A DNA stretch of 64,000 nucleotides from Candidatus Saccharimonadota bacterium (GCA_030529135.1 JAUMXO010000001.1:15335-79334); one strand, 5' to 3'. Shown: positions 45,781 to 56,380, counted from the stretch's first letter. A program made the numbers and translations. The notes: generated by a model not told the origin, from the letters alone.

Positions 45781-45978
45781 ATGAAAAAATATAAGAACGA
45801 TAAAGACCTCTATTTCGATTATCGTGATGCCAAAACCTTAGGCCGCTACATCGATAGTTATGGTCGAATTGAACCAATTGCAAAGACTGGCTTGTCCGCT
45901 AAACAACAACGCCAACTCGCTATTGCAGTGAAGCGTGCACGCCATTTAGCACTCTTGCCATTCATTTCCAATAATTAA
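45781..45978 (+). CDS. rpsR: 30S ribosomal protein S18 (Cys-minus form)
   Basis: [31 protein letters not shown]. Confidence 0.95.
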   Translation: MKKYKNDKDLYFDYRDAKTLGRYIDSYGRIEPIAKTGLSAKQQRQLAIAVKRARHLALLPFISNN

Positions 45979-45998
45979 TATAAGGAGAAGGAGTAAAA

Positions 45999-46559
45999 AT
46001 GTACGGACCTACAGATCTAAAGAAAAATACCCTCGTGACGATAGATGGCCAGCCGTATAAGGTGGTAGAATACTCGCAAAAAGTCATGGGTCGTGGCGGT
46101 TCTATCGTTAATGTCAAAGTAAAAAATCTCATCACCGGTGCGCTTTTGCCAAAGACTTTTAAGGGTCAAGAAAAAATTGAGCCAGCCGAAGTCACTACCA
46201 AAAAAGTACAATATTTGTATAATGATGGCGAAAAATTCTATTTTATGGATCCAGAATCTTTCGAACAGTATGAACTTCAAAAAGATATGGTCGGCGAGTC
46301 TAAAGATTTTATGAAAGAAGGTGACGAAATGGAAATCCAGTTTTACAATGGCACCCCAATTAATCTAGTGCTCCCGAAAAATCTTTGGCTCAAAGTTACC
46401 TATACCGAAACCGCAGTAAAGGGTGATACTACTAGCTCCGTAATGAAAGACGCTACCTTAGAAACTGGTGTGGTGGTCAAAGTGCCAGCTTTCATCAAAG
46501 AAGGTGATATTGTCTCAGTAGATACGGACACCTATGAATATCGCGAGCGTAAAAAATAG
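45999..46559 (+). CDS. efp: elongation factor P
   Basis: VMGRGGSIV, YFMDPESFEQ, ATLETG, VKVPAFIKEGD. Confidence 0.95.
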   Translation: MYGPTDLKKNTLVTIDGQPYKVVEYSQKVMGRGGSIVNVKVKNLITGALLPKTFKGQEKIEPAEVTTKKVQYLYNDGEKFYFMDPESFEQYELQKDMVGESKDFMKEGDEMEIQFYNGTPINLVLPKNLWLKVTYTETAVKGDTTSSVMKDATLETGVVVKVPAFIKEGDIVSVDTDTYEYRERKK

Positions 46560-47238
46560 AGGTTATTTCAAAATTGAGGGCGCTGTACGCGCCTTCAATT
46601 TTGATTTCAAAGACAAAGTAGTTTTAGACATTGGCTCTTCCACTGGCGGTTTTACTCAATATGCCCTAGATCACGGCGCCAAAAAAGTCTTCGCCGTAGA
46701 AAAGGGAACCAATCAAATGAAAGAACCCCTCCGTTCCAACCCACGCATCGAACTCCACGAAAAAACTGATATTTTTGATGTAGGAATACAAGATAGTTCT
46801 AACCGAGGGACTCCGGAGCGCGGCAGCGCGAGGATGAGCGCGCTGTCCCCGTGGCAGACCGCCCCTTGGGACGCGGACGACTCGAAGAGTCGACGGGCGA
46901 CGGCGACGCGGCCCGATGTAGAACTATCTTGTATTCCAGACATAATTCTAGCAGACGTTTCCTTCATTTCTCTCACCAAGCTTTTAAAATACGCCAAAGA
47001 AAATCTATCTAATAAAAACACAGATTTTTTAGTTATGTTAAAACCTCAATTTGAGGCAGAAGAAAAAGACTTACATAATGGTATCGTCAAAAACGAAACC
47101 ATCAGAAGGGATATTATTAAAAAATTTGAAAATTGGCTCAAAAACAACAATTTCGTGGTTTTAAAGAAGAAAGACAATATTATGCATGGCAAGCATGGTA
47201 ACACAGAAAGATTCTACTGGTTGAAACAATCAAAATAG
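46534..47238 (+). CDS. tlyA: TlyA-family rRNA methyltransferase (no S4 domain) with in-frame palindromic insert
   Basis: VLDIGSSTGGFT, DVSFISL, LKPQFE, GNTE. Confidence 0.85.
   Translation: MNIASVKNRGYFKIEGAVRAFNFDFKDKVVLDIGSSTGGFTQYALDHGAKKVFAVEKGTNQMKEPLRSNPRIELHEKTDIFDVGIQDSSNRGTPERGSARMSALSPWQTAPWDADDSKSRRATATRPDVELSCIPDIILADVSFISLTKLLKYAKENLSNKNTDFLVMLKPQFEAEEKDLHNGIVKNETIRRDIIKKFENWLKNNNFVVLKKKDNIMHGKHGNTERFYWLKQSK
46783..46937 (+). repeat. GC-rich palindromic element, in-frame in tlyA
   Basis: Perfect 19-bp arms 46783-46801 / 46919-46937; 16-nt identity with 29376 copy; GACTC-GAA-GAGTC hairpin. Confidence 0.9.
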
Positions 47239-47274
47239 ATTGACTTTTAATTCGTTTAAGCTTATAATTAAACT

Positions 47275-48321
47275 ATGAATTTATTGCATGGCGTGGGCGA
47301 TTTCTTTTCGCTAGATATCGGCACAAACTCAATGCGCATTGTTCAGCTTGCTGGCGACGAGCATAGCGGATGGGCCTTGATTCACTATGCCTATATCCCA
47401 ATTGATCAAAAACTTACCGCAGATACGACTGAACTTGGTCGCAAACATCTAGGCGAAGCCATCATGGGCGCCGTAGAACAGGCCGGCATCAAGACCAAGA
47501 GCGTAGCAGTCGGTCTTCCGGCTAATAAAACTTTCACCTCCGTCGTAGAAACCGATACGCTTCCAGAAAAAGAGTTGGCTAAAGTTTTCAAATATGAAAT
47601 AGATAAGTACGTTCCAATGCCACTTGACGATGCCAAGGCGGACTATATTATTCTTGGTCTTAGCCCTAATGATCCACAAAAAACCGAAATATTAGTTAGC
47701 TCAGTTGCTAGAGCGTATGCTGAGCCACTCCTAGAAACTATTGAAAAAACTGGGTTGAATGTTATCGCTATGGAGCCAGAGCCACTCGCGATGGCTCGTG
47801 CACTTGCTATTCCGGGCGCTCTCGACGCTACACTGATTGTAGATTTTGGCGAAAAAGCTACCGATCTCGTTATTATGTACCAAAATCAACCACGCCTCGT
47901 GCGTTCAATTCCTGGCGGTATTGCACAACTTATTGGCGCAGTTGCCACTGGTCTCAATGTGAAAGAAGAACAAGCTCGTCAGTTTATTCTTAAATTTGGT
48001 CTCTCTGAAGAAAAAGTAGAAGGCCAAGTTTTTAAAATTCTTGGTCCATCCTTAGATTCCTATGCATCCGAACTTGCTAAATCCGTTCGTTTTTTCCAAA
48101 CTAAATATTTGAACGGTAAAGTCGGTGGTGTCGTTTTGTCTGGTTATGCCAGTATCATTCCGCTTTTTCCAGAGTACATTGAGGCCAAAACTGGAATTCC
48201 TGCTATGAGAGGAAACCCTTGGCAGCTCGTTCGGACCACGCCAGAACAACAACATGCACTCATGCCGGTCGCCTCTGAATTCGCTGTGGCTATTGGTCTT
48301 TCCGAGAGGAGCAATGATTAA
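47275..48321 (+). CDS. pilM: type IV pilus assembly protein PilM
   Basis: SLDIGTNSMR, LIVDFGEKAT, VVLSGYAS, AVAIGL actin-like fold. Confidence 0.92.
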   Translation: MNLLHGVGDFFSLDIGTNSMRIVQLAGDEHSGWALIHYAYIPIDQKLTADTTELGRKHLGEAIMGAVEQAGIKTKSVAVGLPANKTFTSVVETDTLPEKELAKVFKYEIDKYVPMPLDDAKADYIILGLSPNDPQKTEILVSSVARAYAEPLLETIEKTGLNVIAMEPEPLAMARALAIPGALDATLIVDFGEKATDLVIMYQNQPRLVRSIPGGIAQLIGAVATGLNVKEEQARQFILKFGLSEEKVEGQVFKILGPSLDSYASELAKSVRFFQTKYLNGKVGGVVLSGYASIIPLFPEYIEAKTGIPAMRGNPWQLVRTTPEQQHALMPVASEFAVAIGLSERSND

Positions 48322-49622
48322 TGGCTAGAGAAATCAATCTAGTCCCAGATATTAAAAATGAGTTTATCAAAACTCTCAAATTCCGCAACCTCGTTTTTTT
48401 CATTTGTATCATTGTTGCTTCTGGTAGCCTTATCACTATACTAGTCTCTCTTTCTATCGCTGGCGGTCAACAGGGTTTTATTGACGCAAAACAGAGAACT
48501 ATCGATGCTATGGAACAAAAGATTACTGATTATAAAGATCTCGATAAATTCCTTACCGTCCGCGACCAACTTAGCAACGTCACCGCCATCACTAATAATA
48601 AGGTTTTTGCATCTCGCACTTTCAATATTCTTTCTGCACTTATCCCAGTCGGAGCTGATTATATCAACATTTCAGAATTATCGATTGATCTTACTAAAGA
48701 ACAACCTACGTTTACTTTTGATGCTCAAGCCAACGCCGGTTCTGAACCATACATTGACTACAATGTGCTAGATTCGTTTAAAAAATCTATGCAATATATG
48801 CGCTATGATTACGGCGAATATGTGGACAAAGAAGGTAACTCTATTCCAGCTTATTGCATGGTCGAGGCTGGCGACGATGGCGCTACTCTAAGAGACGCGA
48901 CCAAAGGTTATTATGCTTTCTGGCTAATTGATGGTGAAGGATGCAATCCCGGATATGAAGAGGATGAAGAGAACGAGGAAGACGAGGAGAATACTGTTAA
49001 CCCCACTATGAGACTAGAGAATAGTGACGGTACTGCTATTAGCAACCCTTCAGAAATTCTTGAAGCTCAAAAACAGGCCAAAGAAGCCGCCAAACTTGCA
49101 GCTGCTCACGAAGGTTACGTTATCGAACAATATAATGGCAACAACGTAGTTCGCATCTGGCGTACTCCACAATATGCTGAATGGTATAAGGATGGCCACA
49201 TGAACCTAGATGGTGAAATTCAAAATGTCGCTCACTTCAATAGCACTTGTATCACTTATAGTGGCACTGAAAAAGATAATGGCGATATTGCTTGGACGTC
49301 TTTCAATGATTCTTGCAAACTTGTGCCAGCTAGTGAAGATAATTCCTCTGGTGGCATTAGTATTGAACAGTCTTCTAATGGTCGTAATTCCAGCCATGAA
49401 TTAGTATTACGCTTCTCCGCGGTTATTTATCTTGCTCCAGAAGTTTTTAATTTCAACAATCATCATATGCTAGCTCTTTCTCCATCTGGCCGTCGTAACG
49501 TCACCGATTCATATTCACAGATTCAGAGCATGTTTGCCGAAAAAGCTGCCGACTGTGCTCGAGATGATGCTGATTGTAACTCTGCCCCGACTAGCAGCCA
49601 ACAAAATGGAGGGAAGCAGTAA
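48321..49622 (+). CDS. PilN-like protein with large insertion
   Basis: EINLVP followed by TM helix; directly after pilM. Confidence 0.7.
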   Translation: MAREINLVPDIKNEFIKTLKFRNLVFFICIIVASGSLITILVSLSIAGGQQGFIDAKQRTIDAMEQKITDYKDLDKFLTVRDQLSNVTAITNNKVFASRTFNILSALIPVGADYINISELSIDLTKEQPTFTFDAQANAGSEPYIDYNVLDSFKKSMQYMRYDYGEYVDKEGNSIPAYCMVEAGDDGATLRDATKGYYAFWLIDGEGCNPGYEEDEENEEDEENTVNPTMRLENSDGTAISNPSEILEAQKQAKEAAKLAAAHEGYVIEQYNGNNVVRIWRTPQYAEWYKDGHMNLDGEIQNVAHFNSTCITYSGTEKDNGDIAWTSFNDSCKLVPASEDNSSGGISIEQSSNGRNSSHELVLRFSAVIYLAPEVFNFNNHHMLALSPSGRRNVTDSYSQIQSMFAEKAADCARDDADCNSAPTSSQQNGGKQ

Positions 49623-50500
49623 TGTTAAAAGAAAATCCGTTAACCAAGAAAACCAAATTTTCTAAGTCCCAGCAATACATGATTCTGGCTGTTCTTGGTG
49701 CTGCCATTTTCTTTGGGGCCGCTGTTGCTGTAGTAATTAAATCTGCCGACAAAATTTCTTTTAAGGCTAGTGTTATTATGGCTCAAGATCAATCCATTGT
49801 GGCTTTTTCAGATACTATTAAAAATATTGGTATTTGCCAGAAGCCTTCTGGCGAAGTTTATAGTGACGACGAGCTTAAAAGATGCGATTCTAACAAAACC
49901 ACTGTCAATTCCGTCCCTAATACATTACGCTATAATATTCTTCGTAACATTGCGTCAAACAAAGCCTTGGCCTCTGTGCCGAACACCAGTAATGCAAATT
50001 GCATCAATTCTGTCACCGGCAAAAACTATACCTATGACGAACTTGAGAAGAACTATAATGACGCCGAAGCTGAAGAAGACAGTAAAAAACTCACTGCCGC
50101 AATTGATCTAATCCAGAGCTGTTCATCACTTCGTGTAATCCCAGATGCTTTGCCGTCATACGAGAATGAAGAAGCTCTGCTTGCTAGTGTTGATAAAATT
50201 TTCCGGGATTCCGGTACTGAACCAGAATCCCTCAGTCCTACTGGAGAAATTAGCCCAGCTGGTTTTGGTACCAATCTTTATTCTATTTCCGTTCGTCTTT
50301 CTATTAAGTCTGGCGCCGGTACTGTTTATAAGCTTTTAGATAATGTTGAACGCTCTATTCGTAATTTTGACATTAAAACTGCTACCATCACTTGGAGCAG
50401 CAATAGCTCTATCGGTTTAGAGGCCCGCGCCACAGCTTACTATATGTTGCCATCTACGCTTAACATCAGTACTAAAAGTGTTAAATTAGGAGGCAAATAA
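49622..50500 (+). CDS. PilO-like protein
   Basis: N-terminal TM, LLDNVERSIRNFDI; operon position. Confidence 0.65.
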   Translation: MLKENPLTKKTKFSKSQQYMILAVLGAAIFFGAAVAVVIKSADKISFKASVIMAQDQSIVAFSDTIKNIGICQKPSGEVYSDDELKRCDSNKTTVNSVPNTLRYNILRNIASNKALASVPNTSNANCINSVTGKNYTYDELEKNYNDAEAEEDSKKLTAAIDLIQSCSSLRVIPDALPSYENEEALLASVDKIFRDSGTEPESLSPTGEISPAGFGTNLYSISVRLSIKSGAGTVYKLLDNVERSIRNFDIKTATITWSSNSSIGLEARATAYYMLPSTLNISTKSVKLGGK

Positions 50501-50746
50501 ATGAAAACAGATTTAATCAGTGCTATCGTTGCTGCTATTGCTGGAGTAGTCATTACGTTTTTGATTTTAACGAATATTATTCAGAATCCTAAGCCGGTAA
50601 ACGTTAAAACCATTTCCAACCCAGCTAGCGCTAATGTAAATGAACCCAACCCTGAGATTTTTAACTATCGAGCGCTCAACCCAACCGTAGAGACATACGT
50701 TGACTGCAAGAGCTATAATGCCGACGGTAATTGTATAGAGGAGTAA
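50501..50746 (+). CDS. small membrane-anchored pilus-cluster protein
   Basis: TM helix, EIFNYRALNPT; GGAGG RBS; operon position. Confidence 0.6.
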   Translation: MKTDLISAIVAAIAGVVITFLILTNIIQNPKPVNVKTISNPASANVNEPNPEIFNYRALNPTVETYVDCKSYNADGNCIEE

Positions 50747-50749
50747 ACA

Positions 50750-52510
50750 GTGGCGGTCTTAACCAGAGAAGCCGAATCGAGAATTTTAAACCTACTTGTT
50801 GCTGAGGGTCTAGTAGATCCTGCCTTAGTTGCCAATGCTCAAAATTCTGCATCCGATAGGTCGATTTTGGACGCACTCGTCAATGAACGGGCTATCACTC
50901 CAGATATGGTATCTCATGCTACTGCGGTAATCATAGGCGTGCCATATGTTGAACTAAAAAATGTCACAATCGATCAGGATATTTTGGTCATGATCCCTTA
51001 CGAAACTCAGACACGCTTTCTGGTCGTTCCCCTAGGCGAAAAAGACGGCATGTTAAATATCGCCATGAGCGATGTTACTAACGTCCAGGCTACCGACTAC
51101 ATTGCTAATCTCGTCGGCAAGCCTGTTCGTGTTTGGATGTCGTCCGAGCGCGGTATTCGCGAAATGCTAGAAAAGAATCACGGTGATTTCTCTGGCGTCA
51201 AAGAAGCTGTTCGCAATACTAATGAAGAGCAGGCGATGCAGGCTCAAAACGCCGATGTCAAAACTATCGTTCAGGATTCGCCAATTTCTAAGGCTTTATC
51301 TACCATTTTAAGCTATGCCGCTAAAACTAAATCTTCCGATATTCATATAGAACCGCTTGAGAATTCTCTAATTATTCGCTGCCGTATCGACGGCGTCCTT
51401 AGAAAAATTATGGATTTACCAAAGAATGTTGCACCGGCTTTGGTTTCACGCATCAAAATTCTCGCCAACCTTAAGATTGACGAACATCGCATCCCGCAAG
51501 ATGGACAATTTACTGTTCTCGTAGACGATAAAGAAATCGATCTTCGTATCGCTACTTCGCCAGTCACCTGGGGAGAACAAGTAGTGATTCGTTTGCTAGA
51601 TAAAAAAGGTGTCAGTATGGAAGTTGATAAAATGGGTATGGCCGGACGCGCCCTTCGGGACGTTATGGAGGGGATCAGAAAACCGAACGGTATGATTTTA
51701 ACGTCTGGCCCTACCGGTTCCGGTAAATCTACTACGCTATATGCATTAATCCAACAGATTAAATCCGAAGAGATTAATATTGTGACTCTGGAGGATCCGG
51801 TTGAATATAAAATGGAGGGAATCAACCAAATTCAAGTCAACGTAGATGCAGGTCTTACTTTTGCATCTGGTCTTAGAAGCATTCTTCGTCAAGATCCAGA
51901 TGTGGTAATGGTTGGTGAAATCCGTGATAGCGAAACAGCACAACTTGCCGTTCAAGCTGCTCTCACCGGCCACCTAGTTTTTTCCACTCTTCACACTAAC
52001 TCTGCCGCTGGCATCTTACCACGTCTTCTAGATATGGGTGTTGAGCCATTTCTGCTAGCGTCTACTTTAAATTTAGTTATTGGTCAGCGTTTAGTTCGGC
52101 GTGTCACCGAAAAACGAGATCTTTATAAATCATCTGACCTTGAAACCAATAGTATTAACTCAATTGTTGGTGATTTGCTGCCACAGACCGAGGCTGACAT
52201 AGAAAAGGTTGGTGAAGATTTAGGCTATCCTGGCCTTCCGGTCAAAAGCGACGAATATTATATGCTTGCCAAAGGCCGCGATACCAAAGAAACACCAGGT
52301 GGTTATTCCGGCCGTGCCGGTCTTTATGAGACTATCGTCGTAGATGAAGATATCCAAAAAATGATTGTTAGTCACTCTACTGCTGCCGAAATCATGCGTC
52401 TTGCTCGCGAGAAAGGTACGGTAACTATGCGTCAAGACGGTATACTTAAAGTTTTATCTGGTATTACCACAATTAAGGAGGTCAACCGTGTAGCCAGTGA
52501 TATCTCGTAA
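50750..52510 (+). CDS. pilB: type IV pilus assembly ATPase PilB (GspE/PulE family)
   Basis: SDIHIEP, GPTGSGKST, LRQDPDVVMVGEIRD, TGHLVFSTLHTN. Confidence 0.94.
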   Translation: MAVLTREAESRILNLLVAEGLVDPALVANAQNSASDRSILDALVNERAITPDMVSHATAVIIGVPYVELKNVTIDQDILVMIPYETQTRFLVVPLGEKDGMLNIAMSDVTNVQATDYIANLVGKPVRVWMSSERGIREMLEKNHGDFSGVKEAVRNTNEEQAMQAQNADVKTIVQDSPISKALSTILSYAAKTKSSDIHIEPLENSLIIRCRIDGVLRKIMDLPKNVAPALVSRIKILANLKIDEHRIPQDGQFTVLVDDKEIDLRIATSPVTWGEQVVIRLLDKKGVSMEVDKMGMAGRALRDVMEGIRKPNGMILTSGPTGSGKSTTLYALIQQIKSEEINIVTLEDPVEYKMEGINQIQVNVDAGLTFASGLRSILRQDPDVVMVGEIRDSETAQLAVQAALTGHLVFSTLHTNSAAGILPRLLDMGVEPFLLASTLNLVIGQRLVRRVTEKRDLYKSSDLETNSINSIVGDLLPQTEADIEKVGEDLGYPGLPVKSDEYYMLAKGRDTKETPGGYSGRAGLYETIVVDEDIQKMIVSHSTAAEIMRLAREKGTVTMRQDGILKVLSGITTIKEVNRVASDIS

Positions 52511-52540
52511 AAATAAAAGGCTTGTGGTATAATAAATATT

Positions 52541-53734
52541 ATGGAAAATAGTGGGCAAACATCTCTAACAACATCAACAGATACTACGCCAGTTGCTGCA
52601 TCGGCTGCTACGTCAAGTGCCGCAAAATCAACTCCGGCTACTTCTACTATTTCAACGTCTCAATCTAGCAGCAGCAACCTCAGAATCGAATTACTTCTGG
52701 AAGAATGTGTCCGTCGCAATGCTTCTGACCTTCATCTTCAATATGGCTTGCCGCCAATTTTACGCGTAGATGGCGCTCTAACTCCAATTGCAGGCTTACC
52801 AGCTTTGAATGCTACTATGCTTAAAGAGATTATCTTCGCCACGCTAGATGAAGATCAAAGAAAAATTTTCTTAAAAGATAAAGAATTTGATTACTCGTTT
52901 GCCTTTGGTGATGTGGCACGCTTCCGTGTTAACGCCTTTCATGAACGCGGTAAGATGGCAGCTGCCTTTCGCCTTATCCCAAATCAAATTCGCACTATCG
53001 ATGAGCTCGGTATGCCTCCAGTAGTTAGTACTTTTGCTGATTATCCACGCGGTTTAGTCTTGGTCACTGGACCTACCGGTTCCGGTAAATCTACTACGCT
53101 CGCTGCTTTAATCCATAAAATTAATCAAGAAAAAGCCGTCCACATTATTACCATTGAAGACCCAATTGAGTTTACTCATACTTCAGAACGTGCCGTCATT
53201 GTACAAAGGGAAGTACATTATGACACATTTAGTTTTTCCGCAGCTCTAAGGTCAGCACTCCGTGAAGACCCGGATGTAGTTCTTATTGGTGAGATGCGCG
53301 ATCTTGAAACCATTCAGGCCGCCATCACCATTGCGGAAACCGGACATTTAGTTTTTGCTACACTTCATACCAATTCCGCTGCTCAATCTCTCGATCGTAT
53401 GATCGATGTTTTCCCAGCTCATCAACAGCCACAAATCCGCTCTCAGCTTTCTAATATTCTTCAAGCCATTTGTGCTCAACGCCTAGTCCCAGCTATTGGT
53501 GGCGGACGTGTAGTGGCCGCCGAAATCATGGTTACAAATTCCGCCGTTCGCTCTCTTATCCGCGAAGGTAAAACTTTCCAGCTCGATAACGTCATCCAGA
53601 CTGGCGCTGAACAAGGTATGCAAACTATGGATCACGAGCTTGCTCGCCTTATTCAGGCCGGGGTTATTAGCTACGAAGTAGCTTGTGATTATGCCGTAGA
53701 TATTAACGAACTTAATCGTTATGCTAGAGGCTAA
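52541..53734 (+). CDS. pilT: type IV pilus retraction ATPase PilT
   Basis: SDLHL, GPTGSGKST, SALREDPDV, AETGHLVFATLHT, GMQTMD. Confidence 0.94.
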   Translation: MENSGQTSLTTSTDTTPVAASAATSSAAKSTPATSTISTSQSSSSNLRIELLLEECVRRNASDLHLQYGLPPILRVDGALTPIAGLPALNATMLKEIIFATLDEDQRKIFLKDKEFDYSFAFGDVARFRVNAFHERGKMAAAFRLIPNQIRTIDELGMPPVVSTFADYPRGLVLVTGPTGSGKSTTLAALIHKINQEKAVHIITIEDPIEFTHTSERAVIVQREVHYDTFSFSAALRSALREDPDVVLIGEMRDLETIQAAITIAETGHLVFATLHTNSAAQSLDRMIDVFPAHQQPQIRSQLSNILQAICAQRLVPAIGGGRVVAAEIMVTNSAVRSLIREGKTFQLDNVIQTGAEQGMQTMDHELARLIQAGVISYEVACDYAVDINELNRYARG

Positions 53735-53736
53735 AC

Positions 53737-54948
53737 ATGAAACGCTATAATTATCGTGCCAAAGAAAAAGCTACCGGCAAAATAGTCAAAGGCAATATTC
53801 AGGCTGACAATGAACAGTTAGCAGGCCGTCTATTAGTAGATCAAGGCTTAATTCCCGAGACTCTTGTAGAAGAAGGTAGTACGAATCCGCTTACCAAACT
53901 CACCTCTCGCGTCACCCAAAAAGATCGTATTATGTTCACCCGCCAGCTCTCTACTCTAATCGGTGCCGGTCTTCCGCTTTCTACTGCTCTTCGTACTGTA
54001 GCCGAACAGACCGAAAGTAAAGGCATGCGTGGGGTTGCCGAAGAAATTCTTGCCTATGCTGAATCTGGTAAGAGTCTTTACGAGGCGTTTTCTGCTCATC
54101 CGCATATTTTCAACGGAGTTTATCTTGCTCTGATTCAGGCTGGCGAAAAATCCGGTACTCTAGATATTGCTCTGAAGCGTCTTGCTGATCAGGAAGAACA
54201 AGATGCAGCTATGCTCAGCAAGATTCGCGGCGCACTGGTTTACCCAGCTATTATCCTCGTGGTAATTATTGCAGTTTTGCTCTTTATGATGTTCGCCGTA
54301 GTCCCACAGGTAGAAAGCCTTTATAAAGACATGGGAGAAGAATTACCGGGTCTTACTCAGGGCCTTGTGAATCTTACTAATTTCTTTGTGAGCTTTTGGT
54401 GGTTAATTCTTATTGTTATTACAACCACTTGCGTTGGTCTATTTTTCTTTATTAAAAGAACTAAAACCGGGCGTCATATTGCGGATAGTATCAAGATTCA
54501 TGTTCCAATTTTTGGTGGTTTGTTTAGAAAACTTTACGTTTCACGTTTTGCTCGTACTGCCGAAATGCTCTTGTCTACTGGTGTACCAATGGTAGATTCC
54601 GTCACTATCGCTATCAACGCCGTTTCCAACGTTGTAGTAGAGGAAGAATACTCTAAGGCTATTGAAATGCTAAAAGGCGGCAAAACTCTTTCTGAGTCGC
54701 TAGTAGAGAGGGAATATATGCTTCCATTAGTTCCACAGATGGCCGGTATTGGTGAAGAATCTGGTAAAATTGACGAAATGCTCGGTAAAGCCGCTAAAGT
54801 CTACGAAGACGAATTATATAATCAAATCAATAATATCTCTACCATGATTGAGCCAATTCTTATGGTAATTATGGCTGGTCTTATCGGTATTGTAGTAGGC
54901 GGCACTCTGCTTCCAATCTACTCTCTGGTAAATTCTGTAGCCGTCTAA
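53737..54948 (+). CDS. pilC: type IV pilus platform protein PilC (T2SSF family)
   Basis: RQLSTLIGAGLPL, AGEKSGTLD, ALVYPA, GEESGKIDEML, IEPILM. Confidence 0.93.
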   Translation: MKRYNYRAKEKATGKIVKGNIQADNEQLAGRLLVDQGLIPETLVEEGSTNPLTKLTSRVTQKDRIMFTRQLSTLIGAGLPLSTALRTVAEQTESKGMRGVAEEILAYAESGKSLYEAFSAHPHIFNGVYLALIQAGEKSGTLDIALKRLADQEEQDAAMLSKIRGALVYPAIILVVIIAVLLFMMFAVVPQVESLYKDMGEELPGLTQGLVNLTNFFVSFWWLILIVITTTCVGLFFFIKRTKTGRHIADSIKIHVPIFGGLFRKLYVSRFARTAEMLLSTGVPMVDSVTIAINAVSNVVVEEEYSKAIEMLKGGKTLSESLVEREYMLPLVPQMAGIGEESGKIDEMLGKAAKVYEDELYNQINNISTMIEPILMVIMAGLIGIVVGGTLLPIYSLVNSVAV

Positions 54949-55006
54949 AATCTTCTCGGAATCTCAGTGGCTTGAATTTTTTAAGCTCTAGCGATATACT
55001 TGAAAT

Positions 55007-55609
55007 ATGAAACGTAAAACTGGCTTTACAATTATAGAAGTAACGTTAGTTCTAGCTATCGCTGGAATCATATTTTTAATGGCTTTCATAGCTTTACCAA
55101 GTCTTTGGGCCTCTCAGCGTGATGCCGAAAGAAAAGCCAACGTTATGGAATATGTTGCGGCGCTAAAAAGTTACCAAACTAATAACAGCCGTGGGGCTTT
55201 GCCTATATATGATGAAGACGGCATAAGATTTACATGGAACGATGAACTTACATCCACATCGTTAAATAGTTGGCAAGCTTTTGTTAAAGATTATGTCACC
55301 AAAAAGCTAGAAGATCCCGATGGTAGCGATTACGAAATTTTTGTCGTAGATTGTAAAAAAAGTGATGGAAGTAAGCTGGATACTAGTGGAGTCTGTAAGT
55401 ATTCTCCGGATGGCGTAAAGAATGAAGAATCAGTTGAATATGCCAATAATCCAGACGATCCAAATTTAAACAGCGGAGTAAACCATATTATATACACTTT
55501 TATCGGTGCTACTTGTGAAGGCGATTATGCCGTTAAATCTAGTAACCCTCGCAATGTCGCAGTAGTATACATCATGGAACGCGCCGGCCGCTACTGTTAT
55601 AATACTTAA
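55007..55609 (+). CDS. type IV pilin
   Basis: Class III signal KTG|FTIIEV. Confidence 0.88.
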   Translation: MKRKTGFTIIEVTLVLAIAGIIFLMAFIALPSLWASQRDAERKANVMEYVAALKSYQTNNSRGALPIYDEDGIRFTWNDELTSTSLNSWQAFVKDYVTKKLEDPDGSDYEIFVVDCKKSDGSKLDTSGVCKYSPDGVKNEESVEYANNPDDPNLNSGVNHIIYTFIGATCEGDYAVKSSNPRNVAVVYIMERAGRYCYNT

Positions 55610-55704
55610 AATGCTTATTGTTTTTTTACGGATAGTTTGTTATTATAAAATAAAGATATCTCGCACTAGTCTTCTTGTGCGACGTAAATCACAGAAAGGA
55701 ATAT

Positions 55705-56367
55705 ATGGTTAGTAAAAACAATATTAATAAAAAACGTGGCTTCACCATTATTGAGGTCGTGTTGGTGCTTGCTATTGCTGGTCTCATCTTCTTAATGGTC
55801 TTTATCGCTTTCCCAGCGCTTCAGCGTGCGCAGCGCAACACCCAACGTCGCGACGACTACTCAATGCTCGTAGCCGCAGTTAACTCATATATGTCTAGCA
55901 ACAACGGGAAGCTATCAAACCTACTTAGAAAAGGCACCAATACAGAAGACCCGCATGTACTATCAGCTGGCAGATGGATTAATGGTACGGGCGAAGACCC
56001 TAGTGGTAATGCATACGAACTAAAAGCATATAGCTTTAATGCATGGCAAACAGCAGGCTCTCCCGCTCCTGGCGACAAATTAACTGGTAGTATTGCGACA
56101 TGTTCTAAGGGAGAAGCGACAGATAAAGCTGCATGTGAGAGTGCAGGTGGGACGTGGAACGAAGGAGAGGCCGGCTCGACTGGCTCTCAAGTTTTCATTA
56201 TTATCAAGGCTAATTGTAGAAGCGTTGACGACAATGGAGATCCACAACCTGCCACAGATGATGCAAATCGTGCCTTTGCGGTTTATGGTTATATCGAAGG
56301 CGGTGGTTATTTCTGCCAGGATAGCGGCGCAATCGGAAATAAGACAGAAACAGAAGCGACGGAATAG
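55705..56367 (+). CDS. type IV pilin (probable major pilin)
   Basis: KRG|FTIIEV; own RBS (GAAAGG) and downstream terminator. Confidence 0.88.
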   Translation: MVSKNNINKKRGFTIIEVVLVLAIAGLIFLMVFIAFPALQRAQRNTQRRDDYSMLVAAVNSYMSSNNGKLSNLLRKGTNTEDPHVLSAGRWINGTGEDPSGNAYELKAYSFNAWQTAGSPAPGDKLTGSIATCSKGEATDKAACESAGGTWNEGEAGSTGSQVFIIIKANCRSVDDNGDPQPATDDANRAFAVYGYIEGGGYFCQDSGAIGNKTETEATE

Positions 56368-56380
56368 CCGTAATAATCCT

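Noticed and set aside
17280-46937. Palindromic elements as hammerhead ribozymes, group I/II introns or inteins
   Set aside because: No CUGAUGA/GAAA core, no intron-sized structure and no intein motifs; the inserts keep the reading frame, so splicing is not required. Not excluded experimentally.
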